Origin: Bacillota bacterium
Lineage (GTDB): Bacteria; Bacillota; Proteinivoracia; UBA4975
NCBI GenBank assembly: GCA_050949165.1
Contig: JBMNFF010000003.1
Span: 235,081 to 299,080, forward strand
Length of the DNA stretch: 64,000 nt
Direction of reading: 5' to 3'
Part shown: positions 8,936 to 17,115 of the stretch, piece by piece
How positions within the stretch are numbered: the first letter of the stretch is position 1
How the letters are laid out: the number at the start of each line of letters is the position of its first letter
Notes under the pieces: generated by a model
The model's input: the letters and a program-made list of their open reading frames with translations, nothing else
Told to the model about the DNA's origin: nothing
Databases searched by the model: none
Made by a program: the position numbers and the translations under genes

Positions 8936-10073
8936 CCTCCTTGGGCCTGGGGGGCGGAGGCCCTATAAACTGGTAATAGTCGCACTGAATTCTCCCGTTG
9001 TAGAGTTTGCGTTTCCTGTCCGCCCGGCGGCCAAAATGCTTTTCGAAGTCTCGGCTGCTGGTAAGCACATAGATGGACCAGGTATCCCAGGGGGCAAATA
9101 TCCGCCCCATCTCCTGGTACAGCTTCTGCACATTGTCAGCATCCTCCAGCCTCTCCCCATAGGGGGGGTTGGTGATGACGCAGCCGTATTTGCGGGAGGA
9201 GCGCACCTCGCCCAGGGCCCGGCGCTGGAAGTGGATTTTATCGCCGACGCCGGCATTGTCGGCATTGCTCCTGGCCAGGGCCAGCACCCGCCCGTCGATA
9301 TCCGAACCCTGCAGTTCCAGCGGATTGTCCTGGATCTGGGCGCTGGCCTCGGCCCGGGCGTCGGTCCAGAGACTCCGCCCCAGCACCGGCCAGTCCTCGG
9401 CGGCAAAGCGCCGGGTCAAGCCGGGCGCGATATTGTCCCCCAAGAGGGCGGCCTCGATGAGGACTGTACCGGAGCCGCACAGGGGGTCCAAGAGCAGCCG
9501 CCCGGGCCGCCAATGGCTGAGTTGAACCAGGGCTGCGGCCAGGGTCTCCTTGATGGGGGCCTCGCCTGCCCCTTCCCGGTATCCCCGCTTATGCAAGCCG
9601 GCGCCGCTGGTATCTACGGTCAGGGTAACCCGGTCCTTGAGGAGAGCGACCTGAATGGAGTAGCGGGGGCCGGTCTCCTCAAACCACTGCACTTTATATT
9701 TTTGCTTCAGCCTTTCCACCACGGCCTTTTTGACGATGGCCTGGCAGTCGGGAACGCTGTGCAATTGCGATTTGACGGACTTGCCCTGGACGGGAAACTC
9801 TCCCTGCAGGGGAATCCAGTCTTCCCAGGGCAAGGCCTTGGTCTTTTCAAAGAGCTCTTCGAAGCTCCGGGCCTCAAATTCCCCCATCAGTAATTGCACC
9901 CGGTCGGCGGACCGCAACCACAGATTGGCCTTGGCTATCCCGGCCAGGTCGGATTTAAACAGCACCCGCCCGTTCTCCACTGCTTGGTCTGCAAAGCCCA
10001 GATCCTTCAATTCCCGAGCCACCACCGCCTCCAAGCCGAAGGCCGCCGTGGCTATTAAGCGAACCTCTTGCAT
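8922..10073 (-). CDS. THUMP-domain class I SAM-dependent RNA methyltransferase (RlmL/YpsC-like)
   Basis: THUMP-like N-terminus, SAM motif LLDPLCGSGT and catalytic NPPYG. Start ATG at 10073 follows GAGAGGTGA. Confidence 0.8.
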   Translation of the reverse strand: MQEVRLIATAAFGLEAVVARELKDLGFADQAVENGRVLFKSDLAGIAKANLWLRSADRVQLLMGEFEARSFEELFEKTKALPWEDWIPLQGEFPVQGKSVKSQLHSVPDCQAIVKKAVVERLKQKYKVQWFEETGPRYSIQVALLKDRVTLTVDTSGAGLHKRGYREGAGEAPIKETLAAALVQLSHWRPGRLLLDPLCGSGTVLIEAALLGDNIAPGLTRRFAAEDWPVLGRSLWTDARAEASAQIQDNPLELQGSDIDGRVLALARSNADNAGVGDKIHFQRRALGEVRSSRKYGCVITNPPYGERLEDADNVQKLYQEMGRIFAPWDTWSIYVLTSSRDFEKHFGRRADRKRKLYNGRIQCDYYQFIGPPPPRPKEDENA

Positions 10074-10126
10074 CCTGTCACCTCTCGCTCTTATCTTGCC
10101 CAGAAAAAAAGGGCCGCACACGACCC

Positions 10127-10804
10127 TTAATTATACTCATAGAGCTGGACAGTATCCAGTATGTGCTCGAAGATCGGCGTATAACCAGCCGAGGTACCGC
10201 TGGAGCAAGTCAGGGTGACCAGGTAGGTATAGGTCTGAGTCAGGCCGTTGGGCGTCGACAAGGTGCGCTTGAAGTACAGCTGATACTTGGTGACCAGGTA
10301 ACCGCCTTCGTTGCCCTGGGCCATGGTATAGGAGGCCTCGCCGAATCCTTCCAGGAATATGGTTTCCTGCTTGATGATGGTAAAGACCTGTGGCTTGTTA
10401 TCGATGCGATAACTGTCCGGGTTCAGGATGGCGGGGCCGAGGATGTTGATTTCCAGCACTCCGCGCAGCTCATCCCTGAAGATAACCTGGGACTGAGCAT
10501 CGTAGTGCAAATACCACCCGGTGCCCGGAATCTCCATGGCAATGCCATAGGGGTCGAACTTCATGGGCACCCACTCCCTGCCCTCGGGACTGTAACCCTG
10601 AACCGGATCCTTATCCCCGGGCAGTTGGGACCAATAAGCGTAACCTCCTCCGGCCACGAGAACGACAATTAACACAACTAATAGTACGGTAACCAGGCCG
10701 GTTCTGCCGCCTTCAGCGCCTTTAATCTTGACCAATGAGCGCCCGCATTTAGTACAGGATTTAGCAGTATCCACCACTTCTGTACCGCATTCAGGACAGA
10801 ACAT
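10127..10804 (-). CDS. Zinc-ribbon membrane-anchored protein, function unknown
   Basis: N-terminal CPECG...CTKCG zinc ribbon, then a single TM helix and an extracytoplasmic domain. Confidence 0.6.
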   Translation of the reverse strand: MFCPECGTEVVDTAKSCTKCGRSLVKIKGAEGGRTGLVTVLLVVLIVVLVAGGGYAYWSQLPGDKDPVQGYSPEGREWVPMKFDPYGIAMEIPGTGWYLHYDAQSQVIFRDELRGVLEINILGPAILNPDSYRIDNKPQVFTIIKQETIFLEGFGEASYTMAQGNEGGYLVTKYQLYFKRTLSTPNGLTQTYTYLVTLTCSSGTSAGYTPIFEHILDTVQLYEYN

Positions 10805-10882
10805 CTACTTCCCCCCCCAATGTGAATAGTGGTTTTCCTAATTCTACATGAATGCAGCCAATTCCTTCCTGCAGGATTTTTT

Positions 10883-11131
10883 TTAGGTTTCCGTAACACT
10901 TTTGGCCAAAAACACCTTGAGTTCAGCTTCCTCCTTTCGAGGCACCAGGTACAGTTTGGTCTGGGCATCCCAGCGTTCTTTAACGGGATAGGCAATCATC
11001 TGAGCTTCTCGCCGATCCCTGGTAATCCAGGCTTTGACATCGGCCTCCCAGGTTTTGTCCACTAAAAATACTTTTACCGCCAACTTCTTTCCCCCCGCAA
11101 AACTTATTCTGGAATCATCCTTAAGGGGCAT
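10883..11131 (-). CDS. Small hypothetical protein (82 aa)
   Basis: ORF with internally repeated KVFL..-EAD/EAE segments. No family confidently recognised. Confidence 0.4.
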   Translation of the reverse strand: MPLKDDSRISFAGGKKLAVKVFLVDKTWEADVKAWITRDRREAQMIAYPVKERWDAQTKLYLVPRKEEAELKVFLAKSVTET

Positions 11132-11190
11132 TGTAACACAGCATGCTTGCGAAAAATGTCACTTATTCTGGTACGTAAAAAATATTACGG

Positions 11191-11219
11191 TTGACTTTAT
11201 CTGAGAATCCATTTATTAT
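11191..11219 (+). promoter_or_regulatory. Sigma-A-type promoter of the metal-efflux operon
   Basis: TTGACT (11191-11196), a 17-nt spacer, then TATTAT (11214-11219). Confidence 0.45.
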
Positions 11220-11221
11220 TG

Positions 11222-11237
11222 ACATATGAACATATGT
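11222..11237. promoter_or_regulatory. Candidate ArsR/SmtB operator
   Basis: Perfect 7-2-7 inverted repeat ACATATG-AA-CATATGT, 3 bp downstream of the -10 box. Confidence 0.5.
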
Positions 11238-11241
11238 TTAA

Positions 11242-11595
11242 TTGTTTGGGGGTTGCGTTTTGACTGATCATCCAAGTTGCTTCGATCCCGAGGCCGTGAG
11301 CCGGCTCAAAGAAGGATTGCCGGAAGTTGACAGGCTGAGTCACCTTTTCAAGGTGCTGGCCGATGAGACCAGGCTGAAAATCGTCTACATCCTCGCTCAG
11401 CAGGAGCTGTGCGTCGCCGATATTGCCGAGGTCCTGGGGAGCACTGCTTCCAATGTCTCTCACCACCTGCGCTTGCTGCGCAATGCCCGCCTGGTGAGGT
11501 ACCGCAGAGACGGAAAACTGGTCTACTATACCCTGGACGATGATCATGTGGAGGCAATTATCCAGCAGGGTTTCCTGCACGTAGCCCATACCTAG
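11242..11595 (+). CDS. ArsR/SmtB-family metalloregulator (CadC/CzrA-like)
   Basis: Winged-helix segment ELCVADIAEVLGSTASNVSHHLRLLRNARLV. Immediately upstream of the P1B-ATPase. The start may instead be the TTG at 11260. Confidence 0.85.
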   Translation: MFGGCVLTDHPSCFDPEAVSRLKEGLPEVDRLSHLFKVLADETRLKIVYILAQQELCVADIAEVLGSTASNVSHHLRLLRNARLVRYRRDGKLVYYTLDDDHVEAIIQQGFLHVAHT

Positions 11596-11609
11596 AAGGG
11601 GGGACATCT

Positions 11610-13658
11610 GTGCATCCAGTAAGTGCTACCTCAGTTTTCGCCCTGGAAAATTTACACTGTGCCGACTGCGCCGCCAAACTGGAAAAGGCGGTCCGGGAAT
11701 TGGAGGGGGTGGAAACAGCTCAGGTCAACATCATCGCTTCGAAAATTACCGTGCGTCACCGGGGCAACGAGGGGCCGATTCGCGCCCTGCTGGCCCGTCA
11801 GGGCTACCTGGCCAAGCGGGACCGGACCAACTTTTGGCTACAGCCCAGAACCCTTTCCACCCTGGGGGCTGCGCTTTTAATCCTCAGCGCCGTCCTCAGT
11901 CCCCAACCAGTAAAAACCTGGCTCTTGGTGGCCGCTACCGGTCTGGGCGCCTGGTTTCCCGCCCTGTCCGGCATCAAGAACCTGCTCGGGTCCAGAACCT
12001 TTGACATCAACTTTCTCATGACCATAGCCGTTATCGGCGCCCTGGCCATCGGCGAATTGGGCGAGGCGGCGACGGTGGTCCTGCTCTTTGCCTTCAGCCA
12101 CAGCTTAGAGGCTTTTACCATGGGGCGCACCCGGCGCTCGGTACACAACTTGATGGAATTGGCGCCCGACACCGCCTGGATAGAGGAAGGGGAAGATCTG
12201 ATCGCCGTCCCCACCGCCAGTTTGCAGCCGGGACAGCAGATAGTCGTAAAGCCCGGCGAGCGCATCCCCGTGGACGGAGAGATCCTCGCCGGGGTCAGCG
12301 AAGTCAACCAGGCCCAGATCACCGGCGAATCCATGCCGATGAGTCGGGGACCGGGGGATGCGGTATATGCCGGCAGCGTCAACGGCAGCGGGCAAATTAG
12401 AGTCGTCGCCAGTAAGGCCGCCGCCGATTCCAGCCTGGCCAGGATAGTCGCCATGGTGGAGGAGGCCGCCACTTCCCGGCCGCCGGTTCAGCAATTCGTC
12501 GACTCCTTTGCCCGCTGGTACACCCCCCTGGTCATTGCCCTGGCCATAGGGATAACGGTGCTGCCGCCACTCTTCCTCCATCAGGCTTGGCAACCCTGGC
12601 TGTACCGGGGGCTGGCCCTCCTGGTGGTGGCCTGCCCCTGCGCCCTGGTAATCTCCACTCCCGTCAGCATCGTCTCCGCCCTGGGCAATGCCGCCCGCCG
12701 CGGCGTCCTGATAAAAAACGGCGCCGCCCTGGAGCGGACCGCCGCCATTTCCATCATCGCCATGGACAAGACCGGGACCCTGACCCGAGGCGAGCCTCGC
12801 CTGGTGGCCATACACCCTGCCGGAGGCCACAGCGAGACCGAAGTGTTGCGCCTGGCCGCCTCGGTGGAGCAGGGATCCAGCCACCCCCTGGCTGCGGCCG
12901 TCATCGCCGCCGCCCGGGACCGCCAACTCAAACCTGCTGCGGGCATGGAATACAAGACCCTGCCGGGCCACGGGGCCATGGCCACCATTGACGGGACAAA
13001 TGTCTATGCCGTCAGTCCCACCTTCGCCCAGCGGGAGCTGGGCTTATCTCCCCGGCTGGCCGCATCGGGCAAGACCCAGGTTATTCTGGCCAAGGATTGC
13101 AAGGAACTGGCTCATTTGGAGTTTCAGGACACCCTGCGGCCCGGGGCCAGGGAGATTATCAGACAACTGAAGGCCCTGAGCGCCAATCCGGTAATGCTTA
13201 CCGGAGACAGCCAGGGCGTCGCCGCCGAGATTGCCCGGGAGGCGGGAATCGCCGATTTTCACGCCCACCTGCTTCCCCAGGAAAAGCTGTCCAAAATAAA
13301 AGACCTCCGCTCCCAGGGCGCCACCATGATGGTGGGAGACGGCATCAACGACGCCCCCGCCCTGGCGGCGGCAGATGTAGGGGTGGCCATGGGGGCTGCC
13401 GGCAGCGATACTGCCCTGGAGTCGGCGGATATCGCCCTGATGGCCGATGATCTCAGTCAACTTCCCTTCCTGCTCCGGCTCAGCCGCAGGGCCCTGGCCA
13501 CCATTCGCTTTAACATCTGGTTTGCCGTCGCCGTCAAGCTTTTGGCCGTTGCCCTGGTCTTCCCCGGTTGGTTGACCCTCTGGTTGGCGATTATGGCCGA
13601 CACCGGCGCCGCCGTCCTGGTCACCCTGAACGGAATGAGGTTGCTGAAACTGAAATAA
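11610..13658 (+). CDS. Heavy-metal translocating P1B-type ATPase (Cd/Zn/Co-type, CadA/ZntA-like)
   Basis: N-terminal HMA CxxC (CADCAAKL), membrane CPC (ACPCALVISTP), phosphorylation site DKTGTLT and hinge GDGINDAP. Confidence 0.9.
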   Translation: MHPVSATSVFALENLHCADCAAKLEKAVRELEGVETAQVNIIASKITVRHRGNEGPIRALLARQGYLAKRDRTNFWLQPRTLSTLGAALLILSAVLSPQPVKTWLLVAATGLGAWFPALSGIKNLLGSRTFDINFLMTIAVIGALAIGELGEAATVVLLFAFSHSLEAFTMGRTRRSVHNLMELAPDTAWIEEGEDLIAVPTASLQPGQQIVVKPGERIPVDGEILAGVSEVNQAQITGESMPMSRGPGDAVYAGSVNGSGQIRVVASKAAADSSLARIVAMVEEAATSRPPVQQFVDSFARWYTPLVIALAIGITVLPPLFLHQAWQPWLYRGLALLVVACPCALVISTPVSIVSALGNAARRGVLIKNGAALERTAAISIIAMDKTGTLTRGEPRLVAIHPAGGHSETEVLRLAASVEQGSSHPLAAAVIAAARDRQLKPAAGMEYKTLPGHGAMATIDGTNVYAVSPTFAQRELGLSPRLAASGKTQVILAKDCKELAHLEFQDTLRPGAREIIRQLKALSANPVMLTGDSQGVAAEIAREAGIADFHAHLLPQEKLSKIKDLRSQGATMMVGDGINDAPALAAADVGVAMGAAGSDTALESADIALMADDLSQLPFLLRLSRRALATIRFNIWFAVAVKLLAVALVFPGWLTLWLAIMADTGAAVLVTLNGMRLLKLK

Positions 13659-13659
13659 T

Positions 13660-13684
13660 GAGAGGAGGCTCCGGGCCTCCTCTC
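13660..13684 (+). terminator. Hairpin after the ATPase gene
   Basis: GAGAGGAGGC-TCCGG-GCCTCCTCTC, a perfect 10-bp stem. There is no strong T-run. Confidence 0.5.
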
Positions 13685-13734
13685 TGGCTAGAAAAAACCC
13701 TCCCCGCAAATACTAAGCGAAGAGGAGGGTTCTT

Positions 13735-14487
13735 ATGGATTTAATTTCCCATGGCCTCTGGGGCGGCCTGGTGTTGGGGCGGAGGCGGAGTTTCTTGGGG
13801 GCGGCCCTCTTTGGCCTGCTGCCCGATGTCCTGGCCTTCGCTCCCTACCTGGTCCTTCGAGCCGTCCGGGGCGGTTTGCCGGACGTTTTTGTCCATCCCC
13901 GGTCCTACCCCCAATGGGTGCTCCTGCTGTACAATTCCAGCCACAGCCTGGTGGCAGCGGGACTGATCTTTATCGTCCTTCGGCGCTGGCGTCCCCGGCT
14001 GGCCATTCCCTTTCTGGCCTGGCCCCTGCACATCCTCATGGACATACCCACCCACTCGGCCGACAATTTCCCGACAAAATTCCTCTTCCCCTTGAGCGGG
14101 TTCCATTTTGATGGGGTGCACTGGCGCAGTCGCCATGTATTCCTGGCCAACTGGACGGCCGTTGTCCTGGCCTATGTAGGGTGGGCTGTCTATCGCAAGC
14201 TCAGAGAAACGACAGTCTCGGCGCCCTCAGGACCAAAGCTTTTCCAAACCCGAATATACCCAGCGGGGGATGCGCACGCACCAGCTGAGCAAATCCACAT
14301 CGCAGAGGCGGGTGATTCCAAAGGCGCCGGCGGCCAGCAAACCCGCTTCGGTGTAGACCAGCTCGACCCTGCCTATGGCCAGCACCAGGAGGAGCACGGT
14401 GCAGAAAAAGGCGATATTGCTCCCCACCCCGGTCCAGGTCCAGTTCTCGGTAACCAGGGCGCCTGTGCAACTGGCCAGGAGGATTAG
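13735..14487 (+). CDS. Membrane-bound metal-dependent hydrolase-like protein (YdjM/DUF457-like) with an unusual long tail
   Basis: TM-rich N-terminal 160 aa or so with His-containing segments (SHSLV, DIPTHS). The last 85 aa or so look like antisense-type low-complexity sequence and overlap the convergent gene. Confidence 0.5.
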   Translation: MDLISHGLWGGLVLGRRRSFLGAALFGLLPDVLAFAPYLVLRAVRGGLPDVFVHPRSYPQWVLLLYNSSHSLVAAGLIFIVLRRWRPRLAIPFLAWPLHILMDIPTHSADNFPTKFLFPLSGFHFDGVHWRSRHVFLANWTAVVLAYVGWAVYRKLRETTVSAPSGPKLFQTRIYPAGDAHAPAEQIHIAEAGDSKGAGGQQTRFGVDQLDPAYGQHQEEHGAEKGDIAPHPGPGPVLGNQGACATGQED

Positions 14488-14760
14488 CCCCGCGGCGCCA
14501 TAGAAGAGGGGCAGGAAGATGGGTCTCAGCACAGCCACATAGACATAAAACATCAGGGGAATTCCCAGGCCCAGCAAGGTCAGCAGGGCGGGGTGCTGCC
14601 AGACCCGCAATATGTAATATACGCTAAGGCTTGCGGCGACGGTGACGGCGCCGGCACAGAAAAATTGGGGAACACACTGTTCTATGGCGCCCAGGCGCCA
14701 TAAGATCAGCGCCGGCACCAAGCCAGCCAAGCCGGCGCTGAGGTCCTTCATCGACCTCAC
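14227..14760 (-). CDS. Polytopic membrane protein, function unknown
   Basis: Five or six hydrophobic helices. No recognisable motif. Confidence 0.45.
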   Translation of the reverse strand: MRSMKDLSAGLAGLVPALILWRLGAIEQCVPQFFCAGAVTVAASLSVYYILRVWQHPALLTLLGLGIPLMFYVYVAVLRPIFLPLFYGAAGLILLASCTGALVTENWTWTGVGSNIAFFCTVLLLVLAIGRVELVYTEAGLLAAGAFGITRLCDVDLLSWCVRIPRWVYSGLEKLWS

Positions 14761-14798
14761 CCCCTCTCCTCCGACTTAGTTCGACAGGGTAAATAAAT

Positions 14799-15622
14799 TT
14801 ACCTTTTCCCCTGTGGTATTTTGGTAATTTTGTGAAAAGGATTTAACCAAAAAGCCATCAGGAGGGCCGATGGAACTCCCTGGGCTGAATTCGATTCAGA
14901 TATCCCCGGCTTTATCAGTTTAAACCCATTGCGCTCCAGCAGCCTCTTGGCCTCCGGGCCCTTGCCCTTTTCCACCTTCATTATGACCATGACCGTGTAG
15001 GCGAAGCGGCTTTGGGTGGAGATGATGGTCTCGATGCTGATGTCGTTTTTCTTCATCAGACCGGTAATATCCGCCAAGCGTCCCACCACATCGGGAACGG
15101 CAATCATGACCCGGTCGCCGCCCTTGGGTCCGTAACCGAAAGATTTCGTCAAACACCCGGAGGATGTCGCCCTTGGTGAGGACCCCCACCAACTGGTTAT
15201 CGTCGTCGACCACCGGCAGGATATCTACAGAATGGCGGAACATCAGGTAGGAAGCCTGCTCGATGGGTTCGTCGGCCTTAATGTACTACCACAACTTCTT
15301 CGTCGGGAAGGACCAGCTCGCTGACGGTGCGGCGATGGAGGAAATGTGCGATCCGGCGCTTGTCGGGCTCAATGGTCACCTTGGTGGAGGCAAAGGGGAT
15401 GGGCATATCGGTATCGATACCGGCCTCTTGGTTTTGTTGAGCGCAGCAGGCGCAGAACTCCCGCATAATAATCTTTTCGTCCACGACCCCGATGATTCTA
15501 CCTTTATCTACAATGGGCACACCGTCAAATTGGTTGTCCTCCAAGATTTTCAGGACCTGGTACAGCGATACATCCGGCGTCACCGAAACCACTTTTTGAG
15601 TCATACGGTTCTTGACAAGCAT
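14799..15622 (-). pseudogene. AcuB-like CBS-CBS-ACT protein gene broken by two frameshifts
   Basis: Three consecutive ORF pieces in three different frames. They encode CBS1 (15278-15622), the end of CBS2 (about 15140-15285) and GYGPKGGDRVMIAV plus an ACT domain (14799-15140). The joins require 1-nt indels near 15278-15288 and 15136-15142. Confidence 0.7.
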
Positions 15623-15707
15623 TAATTGGAACCCCCTCATATATTATATATGGTATCATTATTGTCCTATCAGGGCTGGACTTTGTCAACCCAAATTTAA
15701 TAATTAA

Positions 15708-15741
15708 AAAGAAGCCGATAAGGAAAATGCTATCGGCTTCT
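15708..15741. terminator. Hairpin at the GC-rich/AT-rich junction
   Basis: AAGAAGCCGATA-(10 nt)-TATCGGCTTCTT, a perfect 12-bp stem flanked by A/T runs. Confidence 0.6.
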
Positions 15742-15749
15742 TGTTCTAA

Positions 15750-16376
15750 TTATCGCTTATTGAGCATTTTGTCAATTATTTTCTCTGCCCTTGCAGGATT
15801 AAATACCCCACAATGACACATCCCGGCAAGTTTTTCCGCCGCTTGACTAGATGTTAAACGCCCTTTTTCCACTTTGGTGACCAAATCTTTGATTAAGGAA
15901 AATGCTACCATGCCATGACCGCACATTGTACTTATTTCCAGCACCTCATCCTCGGGAAGAAGCTCTGTCCGGCCAAAAATGCCCAGTGAATGTTCAACAG
16001 TGTGGGGTTCAATTCCCGCCTTGTGGCAGCATTCCCTGACCTGTTCAACTAGTCCTGATACAACTATTGAAGCTCCTAAATCAGCTTGGCGCAGTTCATT
16101 GAGAACTTCTGCGACAGTATTCTCATCTGTAAAGACGGCATGAACTATTGAGTTATCCCTATACCCTTCTGCGATTGCCTCCATGCCGACTCCAAATTGG
16201 TTTCCAGTCTTCATGTCGCCAAAACTAACCGGGTTATATTTTAAGACAATGTCAGCAAACTGTTTAAATAGAGGGGCTGTACCCTTTGCGTTGACTGTCT
16301 GAGCGGTAATCGCAAAGACCACATAATCATTAGCTAAGTTTTCCTGGGTTCCTTTCCGGTGCAATGTGTGTGTCAT
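15750..16376 (-). CDS. Uncharacterised protein with C-terminal Cys motifs (last gene of the catabolic operon)
   Basis: 208 aa with MCGHGMV and MCHCGVFNP motifs. No family recognised. Its start lies 2 bp from the stop of the upstream gene. Confidence 0.6.
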   Translation of the reverse strand: MTHTLHRKGTQENLANDYVVFAITAQTVNAKGTAPLFKQFADIVLKYNPVSFGDMKTGNQFGVGMEAIAEGYRDNSIVHAVFTDENTVAEVLNELRQADLGASIVVSGLVEQVRECCHKAGIEPHTVEHSLGIFGRTELLPEDEVLEISTMCGHGMVAFSLIKDLVTKVEKGRLTSSQAAEKLAGMCHCGVFNPARAEKIIDKMLNKR

Positions 16377-16378
16377 TT

Positions 16379-17098
16379 CTATTCCTCCTTAGCAAGAGGC
16401 CGTCCTAGGCCAACGTTTGTTTTGCCGTTAAGAGAGCATCTAAACCCAGCTTTATTAGCCAGCTCGACGGCGGGATTGCGGCCGTCCGGCTCAAGCCTAC
16501 AAGCCAAATCAAGGCTGAAGACAGTGCTGATTTCAGTGCTTACATCGCGTATTACTTCTAAGGCAGGGACAACCTTATCTTGCGGGAGGTCAAATTCAAT
16601 TATAGCTGACAGAACTCGCTCATTTAGCACATCGTCTCTCAGTTTTCCAGTCGACTTATCTGTCATTAAACTTGTAACCGGATTATAAGGTTCAAAGTGG
16701 ATTCCCAAGGGGGCTAGTGCCATTGCCACCTTTTCCACATCGGCAAAGGTAGTGCTTGTCCCTGGTCGCCCCATTTCAATTGCGATGCCAGCTTGTCCCC
16801 TCTTGAAACGTCCGGTTACTTCATTGGTCTTCATTTCTTCCGTTCCTCTGCCGGGAACACCGGTATCCGGATGACTGATTAAGGGATTGGAAAATTGATT
16901 GCGGATGGTTCTATACTCATCTAACTCCTGCATCTGTAAGGAATCAGTAGGACAAACCTTAGCATTTCTGCAGATTTCACATTCGACGCACTTGTCTAAG
17001 TCAATTGTCACCGATTTGTCTTCTGCTACGTAAATAGCCTGGACTGGGCAATAGGGAATACATTTCCTGCACTTTATACAAGTATCTTTAATAATCAT
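16379..17098 (-). CDS. 4Fe-4S dicluster ferredoxin domain fused to an uncharacterised domain of about 175 aa
   Basis: CIKCRKCIPYCP and CVECEICRNAKVCP motifs in the first 60 aa. The remainder is not recognisable. Confidence 0.7.
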   Translation of the reverse strand: MIIKDTCIKCRKCIPYCPVQAIYVAEDKSVTIDLDKCVECEICRNAKVCPTDSLQMQELDEYRTIRNQFSNPLISHPDTGVPGRGTEEMKTNEVTGRFKRGQAGIAIEMGRPGTSTTFADVEKVAMALAPLGIHFEPYNPVTSLMTDKSTGKLRDDVLNERVLSAIIEFDLPQDKVVPALEVIRDVSTEISTVFSLDLACRLEPDGRNPAVELANKAGFRCSLNGKTNVGLGRPLAKEE

Positions 17099-17115
17099 AT
17101 TGATTACCTCCTACC

